NCBI GenBank assembly: GCA_963820525.1
Contig: CAWGAA010000002.1
Location: 192,001 to 256,000, forward strand
Direction: 5' to 3'
Origin: an uncultured Spirochaetota bacterium
Lineage (GTDB): Bacteria > Spirochaetota > Spirochaetia > SZUA-6 > Fen-1364
DNA length: 64,000 bases
Position numbers and translations under genes: made by a program
Notes under the pieces: generated by a model
What the model was told of the DNA's origin: nothing
Databases searched by the model: none
What the model saw: only the letters and a program-made list of their open reading frames with translations
Part shown: positions 9,861 through 17,682 of the stretch, in pieces
How positions within the stretch are numbered: the first letter of the stretch is position 1
How the letters are laid out: every line of letters starts with the position of its first letter

Positions 9861-10143
9861 TAGTGGTTAACAGCCACCCTGCCCAGGCTTTCCATCCCAG
9901 TCTTAATAGAAGGGGAGAGGCTTCGGCTGTCCTTCAGCTTCTACGCCGGAGAACCGCTGGAGCGGATCTGGGCTTCCCTGGAGGCACACTCGGAAAGTTC
10001 AGGTCGGCCGGTTCGGCTCCGGGTGAAGCGTTTCGCCGTGAAGCAAATCGAAGGACAGGAGAAGCACGACTTTCGCGTCTCGTGCTTCGATCTTGTTCAC
10101 GAAGATCGGCCGTGATCAGGAGATAGACGCCGTCTTTGATTAA

Positions 10144-10545
10144 GCTTCTGCGCAAGGGTACTTCAAGGGCAAGGGCGCTCGTCCCAGAGACCGCGGCTAT
10201 TACATCTACTACAAGGCTTCTTCAACGGGCGGGCACTTCCAGATCGTGGCTGCCACAGCGGAAACGCCCGCTCCTGGCGGGACGCCCGGACCGGCTGCTG
10301 CTCCGGCTAACGTGCCGACAATCGCTCCCACATCCGCGCCAGGCGGATGAAAGGGCGACGTCAACAACTCCGGCAGTGTCGATATCGCTGACGCGCTCCT
10401 CGTCGCGCAGTACTATGTGGGATTGAATCCGATAGGCTTTGTGAGCGCAAATGCCGGTGTGAACTGCTCGGGCGGGATCGACGTTGTGGACGCGCTATTG
10501 ATCGCCCAGTATTGCGTGGGGCTCATCTCGTCCTTCCCCTGCTGA
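10144..10545 (+). pseudogene. 3' remnant of a secreted protein: Pro/Thr/Ala linker + type I dockerin, with in-frame TGA at 10348-10350
   Basis: Manual translation: ...ETPAPGGTPGPAAAPANVPTIAPTSAPGG*KGDVNNSGSVDIADALLVAQYYVGLNP...VNCSGGIDVVDALLIAQYCVGLISSFPC*. Shows the duplicated dockerin motif; no start codon. Confidence 0.8.
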
Positions 10546-10563
10546 TGCAAGATGAATGGGCCG

Positions 10564-12274
10564 CTATTTCTTTTTCCTGCCGGAATCATGTGCCGCGACC
10601 CACGCCTCGTATTCTGCGCCGACATCAGTCGGAGTTTTATTGCTTTTGATGAGCTCCTGCAGCAGCGGATTAAACACCCCCATTCCTTCGCGGTTCATAA
10701 CTATGTCTATAACAAATCCTGCAGGGGTTCTGGCGTTGAACGTGACGAGCTTCTTTGACATCGGATCGAGATTGGGGATATCAATTTTATATGCCACCTC
10801 CTGGTTTCCAGCGGATCCCAAGGCTTCGCTCCTTAATTTTGAGCCGCCCGGCCCCGAGTAGAACCATATCCATTTCCAGGCCGCATCCGCCTTCTTTTCC
10901 GTAAGCTTCGCATTCATTCCGAACCCGAAGCCTGGAACGGCGGATGTGGAACCAGCATTTTTCTCACCGGGGATCGCGGGAAAAACTTCGAGAGATACAT
11001 ACTCTTTCTGTTGTGGGGAGAGGCCGCTCGCGAAGCTTACGACTCTCCAGCTTCCGTCAATAAGATATACCGCCTTCTCGTTTATAAAATCTCCAAACGC
11101 GGTGCCGTAAGAATTTGCGTTGATTCCCGGAGAAAACATCTGAGCATCGGCTAGGTCTTTGATTACTTTTATCGCCCTAATAAATTCCGGATCAGTAAAC
11201 TTAGCTTTCCCTTCGATCGCTTTCTGGAACCATTCTTTGCCGCACATACGCTCAACAAGAACGCTCGCAAGGCACGACTGCAACTCCCAGCCTTCCCAGT
11301 TATCCATTGCGATCGGTATCAATTTTTTCGCCCTGATCTTCGCGCCTTGGTCGATCAATTCCGACAGTGTTTTCGGAAATGTGAGCCCCAATTCCTTTAG
11401 CAGCCTGTTGTTGGTGTACATGATATGAGTTGCGGTCACAACCCCTGGGAAGCTCGAAGAGTTCTCCGTTCGGCCCCTGAGGAATCAATGCTGCGGGTAT
11501 AAACTCGCCCTCGTGTCCTTTAAGGAATGGCCGCAGGTCCTTAAGCTTTCCGCCGGCGATCAACGTGTTCGGCCAATTGTATATGAGATCGGGCAATTGG
11601 CCCGCCGCTGCAGCCGCGGACAATTTCTGTAAATAGGATGACTCCTTGTATTCGTATTCGATCGTGAGCGTAGTATTCGGGTTTGCGGATTTGAATCCCG
11701 CAAGCAGCGAGTCCCAACTTAGTGATGATGCTGTATCCGACGGATTATTCATGTACATGAGCATGCTGAGCTGTACCTCATTATCAGTTTTTCCGGCTGT
11801 CACCGCAGTTCCCGCATTTCCTTCAGAGAGTTTGATGCCCACGCGGCTGGCGATTTTGAGCGTAATCGAGGCTTTGCCTTCATCCTCATCAGATGCCTGG
11901 GCCGTGATCGCCCCGGTCTGCACGTCGATCATCTTTGCCGAAATGAAATACGTACCAGCAACGAGGGAAACACGGGTCACGACGACGTAATCGGCGCCGA
12001 GCCGTTCCCCGGCCTTTTTGATCTCGGCGTTGCTCACGATGCCGGACATCTGGAATTCGAGCTCTTTGAGGCTTTGAGCGATGGTTGTTCTATCGAGAAC
12101 CGTAAACTTGAGCGAGGAGACGAGCTCTTCGCTTATCTTTTCGGTTATCCCGATTGATATATCCTTATCCATCTTTGCCGGCAGTAGTGCATCAAGGACA
12201 GCAACCTTGGGTAGAGCAGAGAGAAGTGTTGATGAAGCGAACAAGCAAATTAGCGGTAGCAGTTTTACTTTCAT
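10564..12274 (-). pseudogene. CsgG/TolB-N-like domain fused to a family 1 sugar-binding protein; frameshift near 11440-11450
   Basis: ORF 11300-12274 has a signal peptide, KVAVLD...FTVLDR...LEFQMSG...GADYVV, then SBP start (AAAGQLPDLIY). ORF 10564-11439 continues the SBP (MYTNNRLLKELGL...PKTLSELI). RBS GGAGG. Confidence 0.75.
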
Positions 12275-12356
12275 AAATTCCTCCTGGTTGATTTTATCTG
12301 AATAATTGTATAGTGAATATATGATGAATGCAATAAAAAATGGTATTTAGAGCAAA

Positions 12357-12500
12357 TTGTACATCCGCATCTCCAGTGAACGGCAGGCCAAGGTTGAAGA
12401 AGGTTCGCTGAAGAACCGGGAGCAGATGCTGCGCGCGGGGATCCAATTGAAGATGATTACCGGGGACTACTGGCTCACGGCGGAGCGAATCACAAGAGCA
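12357..12500 (+). pseudogene. Serine-recombinase N-terminal fragment joined to a P-type-ATPase-like fragment
   Basis: YIRISSERQ...GSLKNREQML is the resolvase YxRxS catalytic motif. It is followed directly by AGIQLKMITGDYWLTA, resembling the P-type ATPase GIxVxMITGD motif. Confidence 0.55.
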
Positions 12501-12755
12501 GCCGCAGGTGCGAATCCTCCTGTGCGAGAAGACCGACCGCCTCTATCGCAACTTCAAAGACTATGTGACCATCGACGAGCTGGACTTGAAGCTGATCTTG
12601 GTCAAAGAGGCTCGGTCTTGAACAAAGACTCCCGATCCCACGAGAAATTCATCCACAGCATCAAGGTGTTGATGTGGCGCAGGATCTTGATGGACCTCCT
12701 CCGGCTCGGTAATTTCGGCAAGAATCCGCATCGGAGCGGAACAACGTGGTCCGAG

Positions 12756-13324
12756 TCATTTGGCCTTCATGACTGTGACCTTGCCGCCGTTACCGCCGTC
12801 CTTATAGGCGATGTAGAGAGTATCCGACGAATCGATCGCCAGGGACGTATAGGCCGCCTCGCCCGCGCTGAAGCCCGCCGTGCCCACCGTCTGCCACGAG
12901 CCGTCGCCGTACTTCATGACCGTGGCCTTGGTGCTGTTTCCCCAGTCCAAATAGGCGACGAAGGGGGTGCCCGACGAATCAATCGCCAGGGAGGTATAGA
13001 CCGCTGTGCCCGCACTGAAGCCCGCCGTGCCTACCGTCTGCCACAAGGCGCCCCCGTACTTCATGACCGTGGCCTTGCCGCTGTGTGCGTAGTCCTCATA
13101 GGCGACGTAGGGGGTGCCCGACGAATCAATCGCCAGGGAGGTAAAGGACGCCTCGCCCGCGCTGAAGCCCGCCGTGCCCACCAGTTGCCACGAACCGCCG
13201 GTGTACTTCATGCCTGTGGCCTTGCCGCTGTTTCCCCAGTCCTCATAGGCGACTAAGGGGGTGCCGGACGAATCAATCGCCAGGGAGATATAGTCCGCCT
13301 CGCCCGCGCTGAAGCCCCCGGTAC
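12756..13324 (-). pseudogene. 3' remnant of a beta-propeller-like repeat protein (about 3.8 copies of a 49-aa / 147-bp unit)
   Basis: Repeat WQxVGTAGFSAGxAxYTSLAIDSSGTPxVAYxDxxxxxKATVMKY. The frame stays repeat-like upstream of the ORF-track start, up to about 13324. Confidence 0.75.
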
Positions 13325-14028
13325 GTGTGGAGCTCGTCCAGGACCAGGAAGCGAAGGAGCTTGCCGCTCTGCACGAACGCGCGCTCCCGGGGCCGCGTGA
13401 GGATGAGCTCGAGCATGACGAAGTTGGTGAGCAGGATGTCCGGGGGGTTGGCCAGGATGCGCTGCCGCTCCTCCTCGCCCTCCTGCCCGGTGTATCGATC
13501 GAAGGTCACCGGGGTACTGCCGGCGGGCATCCCCAGTTTCAGGAACTTCTCCAGCTCCCCCTTCTGGCTGTTGGCCAGGGCGTTCATAGGGTAGATGACG
13601 ATGGCCCGCAGGCCCTTTCCGGACCCGCTACGGATAACGTGGTCCACGATGGGCACCATGTAGGCGAGACTCTTCCCGGACCCGGTTCCGGTGGTGAGCA
13701 CGTAGTTGTGCCCACCCGCTGCGATCCGGATGGCCTCCTCCTGGTGGCGATGCAGGCGCAGCATCGTCCCACGTCCCGCCGCGGTCTTCCCCACGCGGAA
13801 GATGCCCCGACACTGCTCGTGGAGCACGCCGTCGATCACGAACTCGTCGATCGTATGCCCGCGCTCGAAGGAGGGGTTCAACTGGATGAGGGGATCCGGC
13901 CACAGCTCGCCGTCGTCAAGGTGCTGGTTCACCGCGGCGCTGATCCTGACGTCCCGGATCACGAAGAAGCTCTTGATGTACTCTTCGTAGTCGCGGATGA
14001 GGTTATTGCGAAGACCGAAGACGTCCAT
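13314..14028 (-). pseudogene. N-terminal fragment of an SF2 DEAD/DEAH helicase (YprA/DUF1998-associated type), truncated just after motif II
   Basis: LHRHQEEAI (Q motif), TTGTGSGKS, YPMNALANSQ, DILLTN, VLDELHTYRG; the sequence then switches to the repeat gene. Confidence 0.8.
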
Positions 14029-14566
14029 GCGATCACCCCGCAGCTTCAGAACTCTTTAAATTGCCCCGATTCAGTATAGTCAATAGACCCTAGAAATGAG
14101 CTTCCGAATATTTTCGCCTGATCGATCATATCACATTTGAGGGTCACTGAAACAGTCGATAGAATGGAGCTTCTTCACAATCCGCCCATCCCCGCAATAC
14201 CGACGGGCTACTTCCCAATACTCCTGGTCGCGGCCTTGCTCGGCTCTTGGGCTCAGACTCTTCACTGACGGTAGTACCCGATAACGGGTGATGATGAGTG
14301 GGCCCGTTGTTTGGGAGTGGCTCCACCGACTCCTTATCCTTCGGAGACGATATTGTTCCCCTCAGTGAGCCGCACCCCAGCACGTAGCGGTCCCCCGACG
14401 ACCGCTCTCCGTCTCAACGCCGAAACTCCCCGTTCCCTCCTCCGCCGGGCAACGTCCTGTTGCCCGGCGGCTCTCTTGAGCCCTACACACCCTGGCAGGG
14501 ACCAGGGGTGTGGGGCTCCTCTTGGGGGGCGCGAAAGAGAAGAAAAAGCTTCGCCTTCCCGACGCT

Positions 14567-14800
14567 TCAGACGCAGAACGTGCTCCGGTGCTCAACCACG
14601 ATGCCGAATCGGCCGAGGGCATCAAGGACCACGGATTGACTGACATGAGTGAGCTGGGCGATCTCCCGGATCGACAGGTTTTGTCCGGAGTAGAGTCCTC
14701 CCAGATATTCCCTGCGCTTCAGACGGAGCAGGGACGGAAGAGGGACGATACCCTCGATGATCGCGGGGAGCGCCGCGCTCCCGTTCGCTTTCTGTTTGCT
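14567..14800 (-). pseudogene. Short HTH-like ORF remnant at the inner edge of the right inverted repeat
   Basis: LYSGQNLSIREIAQLTHVSQSVVLDALGRFGI fits a helix-turn-helix pattern; no clear start codon. Confidence 0.45.
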
Positions 14801-14809
14801 TCGGGGAGG

Positions 14810-14951
14810 AGAAACCGGCTCGAACACGCTTGTCAAACGGCGAGAAGAGCTGGTATCTCCTCAATCCCGTGCTCATAGCAATATGTCCTAAGCTCGTCCA
14901 ATAGGGGGAGCAGATTTGGACAGGCAGCGGAGCCATCTGCTGCCTGTTTTC
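14810..14951. repeat. Right copy of the 142-bp inverted repeat
   Basis: 140/142 identical to the reverse complement of 8550-8691. Confidence 0.95.
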
Positions 14952-15034
14952 ACGGCTGCCGCGCCGGGACCCTCGAGTGCGTCCTGCGGCGCGCGAGGCT
15001 TGCGCACACGGGAGCCTGCGCATATACTAGGGCC

Positions 15035-15418
15035 ATGGAGGAGTTGAAGTGCTGCCTCTTCTGCGGCAGGTACATCGATAAGAGCTTCCGCTACTGCCCG
15101 TATTGCGGCTACGAGTTCACGGCGCGAGAGGAGCTCGGGGAGCAGCCGGAAGAGAGCGCGGAAGAACAGCCGCCCAACTTCGAGCCCGCCGAGTTCGAGC
15201 CGGACCTCCCGGCAATGGTAGCATGGCCGGCGCCGGTGGAAACGCGTCAGGCCGGCGACAAAGCGGCAGACCGCGTCCTGGCGTACCTGGAGAGGCTTCG
15301 AGACATCGAAAAGCATCTCTCCGACATGGAAAGGGAGCTCGACTTCATCATCTCGCGGGCTCGTCCCCTGCAGTCAGCCGCGCGAGGGCCCGTCACGTCC
15401 TCTTCAAAAGGTCCTTGA
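15035..15418 (+). CDS. Zinc-ribbon protein with acidic linker and C-terminal coiled coil
   Basis: CLFC...CPYC; YLERLRDIEKHLSDMERELD. Confidence 0.7.
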   Translation: MEELKCCLFCGRYIDKSFRYCPYCGYEFTAREELGEQPEESAEEQPPNFEPAEFEPDLPAMVAWPAPVETRQAGDKAADRVLAYLERLRDIEKHLSDMERELDFIISRARPLQSAARGPVTSSSKGP

Positions 15419-16628
15419 TAACGCTCCTGTCGTCGAGGAGCGAGCTTAAGCTTCTGTTGTGGTGCAGCCGGTAGATGATCCGGCCGAACAGGCTCGACAC
15501 GTCCGCGCTTAAGTACCATTCCCTGCCCAGAAGGGTGTCGTCATGGTACACCGCGTTCGTCCCGATGATGCGGTAGAACATCCCCTGCCGGTAGGCGTTC
15601 TCGAAGCTTTCCACGGCGCGCGCGGTGAACAGCGGCAGGCTCGTTGCCGAGATGATCCTCTCCGCCCCGAACTCCTTGAGGACCCGCATCGCCTTGATCA
15701 GGGTGCCGCCGGTGCCCAGCATGTCGTCGCTCATGAAGACGGTCTTCCCTTCGACGCTTCCCAGGAGCTTCATGTCCGTGATGTTTCCGTTCTCCGCGTT
15801 CTGGGCCACCCGCGAGTAGTCCCTCTCCTTGTACAGCATTCCCAGAGGCTTTCCCAGGATGGAAGCGAAGAACTTGTTGCGGTCCACCGCTCCCGTATCG
15901 GGCGCCACGATGACCAGCCGCTCGTCCTTCAGATCGATGATGGTGGAGAGCACCTTCAGGATCTGGTAGGTGCCGTGGAGGTTCTCCATCCGCATCTTGT
16001 TGAAGCTGTTCTCGATCTCCTTGGAGTGGATATCGAGGGTGATGACGCGCGCGACGCCGAGATACTCGAGGATCTGGCCGATGCGGGCCGCCGAGAGGCT
16101 CTCCCGTCCCTTTTTCTTGTGCTGGCGCGAGTACGGGTAGGTGGGGAGGACCACGGTGACCTGCTGCGCCCCCGCCTGCATCGCGGCGTCCACGGTCACC
16201 AGGAGGCAGAAGATATGATCGTTCACCGAGAGGACGCAGGGATCGTCTGATTTCTGGAACTGGAGGGGATAGTTGTTGCACACGTCCTGCACAACGTACA
16301 CGTCGGTATTGCGCACGGACCCGAGGATCTCGGTCTTGAACTCGCCGTTGGGAAAGCGCGTGTAGCAGGCCTGGACGAGGTAGTTGGGAGTGCGATACCG
16401 GTCCGGCGGCTCATCCGAATCCCAATGCGATGGGAGAAGGTCGCTGGCCAGGTTGATCCGCCGCAGGATCTCCGCCCGCTCCAGGCCGTAGGACCTGCTC
16501 AAGCTCCTGATGCGGTCTTCGAACTTGTCCCTGGTGGCGGCCTCCAGGAAGGAGAGGAGCCTCTGGGCGAAGCTCATCCCGCCCGGGCAGGGCAGGATGC
16601 CGATCTGAGACTGGCTTAAGTCGGGCAT
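15393..16628 (-). CDS. prs: Ribose-phosphate pyrophosphokinase (long form)
   Basis: RFPNGEFK, YPYSRQHKK, TLDIHS, VAPDTGAV, DDMLGTGGTL. Confidence 0.9.
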   Translation of the reverse strand: MPDLSQSQIGILPCPGGMSFAQRLLSFLEAATRDKFEDRIRSLSRSYGLERAEILRRINLASDLLPSHWDSDEPPDRYRTPNYLVQACYTRFPNGEFKTEILGSVRNTDVYVVQDVCNNYPLQFQKSDDPCVLSVNDHIFCLLVTVDAAMQAGAQQVTVVLPTYPYSRQHKKKGRESLSAARIGQILEYLGVARVITLDIHSKEIENSFNKMRMENLHGTYQILKVLSTIIDLKDERLVIVAPDTGAVDRNKFFASILGKPLGMLYKERDYSRVAQNAENGNITDMKLLGSVEGKTVFMSDDMLGTGGTLIKAMRVLKEFGAERIISATSLPLFTARAVESFENAYRQGMFYRIIGTNAVYHDDTLLGREWYLSADVSSLFGRIIYRLHHNRSLSSLLDDRSVIKDLLKRT

Positions 16629-16634
16629 CGATCT

Positions 16635-17570
16635 CTAGCGCTTCCGCTTCCGGAAATAGGCCGCCGTATTCTTGAGCCCCTCCTCGAGGGAGTGCGACGG
16701 CGTCCACCCCAGCACCGCCTTCGCCTTGGAGTTGTCCAGGCAGCTTCGCCTGATGTCCCCCGGCCGCGGGCCGGCGGAGGTGAAGGCGAGCTCCTTGCCC
16801 ATGACGCGGCAGATGGCGGCGAGAAGCTGCTTGGTTTTCACCGGCTCGGCTGAACCGATGTTGAGGGCCTCCCCGTCTCCCTTCTCCAGGGCAAGAAGGT
16901 TGGCCTTGGCCACGTCCTCGACGTACACGTAATCGCGCGACATCCCGTCGGGGTCCTCGGGAAAGGCGTTGACCGTGGGCGTTTCCCCGGCGAGGAGCTT
17001 GTTGATGAAGATGGCCACGACGCCGGCCTCTCCGGTGGGATCCTGCCGGGGCCCGTAGACGTTGGCGTAGCGCAGGATGGTGAAGCCCAGACCGTACTGG
17101 CGGTTGTAGAACCTGACGTAATTCTCGCCGGTCTGCTTGTGGATGGCGTAGGGGGAGAGCGGCTGGGGAGGGTAGTCTTCCGAAGCCTTCTCGACGGAGG
17201 CCTCTCCATAGATTGCGCCGCCCGAGGAGACGAAGATCAGCTTCTTCACCGAGGCGGTGCGGCAGCATTCCAGGAGATTGAGGGTTCCCAGGGCGTTCAC
17301 CTCGGCGTCAAGGGCGGGGTTTCTCGCGGAAACGGTGACGCTGATCTGGGCCGCGTGATGGCTCACGACATCGGGTCTTTCGATCATGAAGACCTTCGCC
17401 AGCTCCGGGGCCTTGATGTTCAGCAGGTAGAACGAGGCTCCCCGGGGCACGGTGGAGCGCGAGCCCGAGCTGAGGTCATCCACGATCACAACCTGGTGGC
17501 CGGCCGCAAGGTAGGCATCGGCGACGTGAGACCCGATGAAGCCGGCTCCTCCCGTGAGAAGCACTTTCAT
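16635..17570 (-). CDS. NAD-dependent epimerase/dehydratase (UDP-glucose 4-epimerase-like)
   Basis: TGGAGFIGSH, SSGGAIYG, PYAIHK (YxxxK), RYANVYGPRQ. Confidence 0.9.
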   Translation of the reverse strand: MKVLLTGGAGFIGSHVADAYLAAGHQVVIVDDLSSGSRSTVPRGASFYLLNIKAPELAKVFMIERPDVVSHHAAQISVTVSARNPALDAEVNALGTLNLLECCRTASVKKLIFVSSGGAIYGEASVEKASEDYPPQPLSPYAIHKQTGENYVRFYNRQYGLGFTILRYANVYGPRQDPTGEAGVVAIFINKLLAGETPTVNAFPEDPDGMSRDYVYVEDVAKANLLALEKGDGEALNIGSAEPVKTKQLLAAICRVMGKELAFTSAGPRPGDIRRSCLDNSKAKAVLGWTPSHSLEEGLKNTAAYFRKRKR

Positions 17571-17682
17571 GCGAGGACACTACCATCGGCCCGGCGGGGG
17601 GGTCAAGTGCGGGGGCGTCCTGCCCGGCTTTTTCCGTGAAACTTGGCCAAGGGTCTGCCGAACATTGGATGTGGCGGCAAAG

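Larger units (their letters stand above)
8691..9879 (-). pseudogene. 3' fragment of tRNA-Asn(GTT), split by IS630
   Basis: Joining 9879-9863 to 8723-8691 gives GGGTGG-CTGTTAA-CCACT-AGGTC-GGCGG-TTCGAGT-CCGTC-CGGGGGAGCA. This is an anticodon arm (GTT), variable loop, T-arm and acceptor 3' strand. No D-arm or 5' acceptor strand is recognisable. Confidence 0.8.

Noticed and set aside
8691..9879. Functional intron-containing tRNA-Asn
   Set aside because: The insert has IS630 TIRs, a TA duplication and a transposase, and the tRNA 5' half is missing.
10348..10350. Selenocysteine or read-through TGA before the dockerin
   Set aside because: It falls in a linker position, the ORF has no start, and the neighbours are all decayed; a nonsense mutation is simpler.
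12500..13256. Remainder of the 299-aa plus-strand ORF as a full recombinase
   Set aside because: Only the first roughly 25 residues look recombinase-like; much of the rest is antisense to the repeat gene.
12756..13324. Non-coding repeat array or CRISPR-like locus
   Set aside because: The 147-bp period is a multiple of 3 and translates into a conserved 49-aa protein repeat.
13314..14028. Active anti-phage defence system
   Set aside because: The helicase is truncated after motif II and no partner genes remain.
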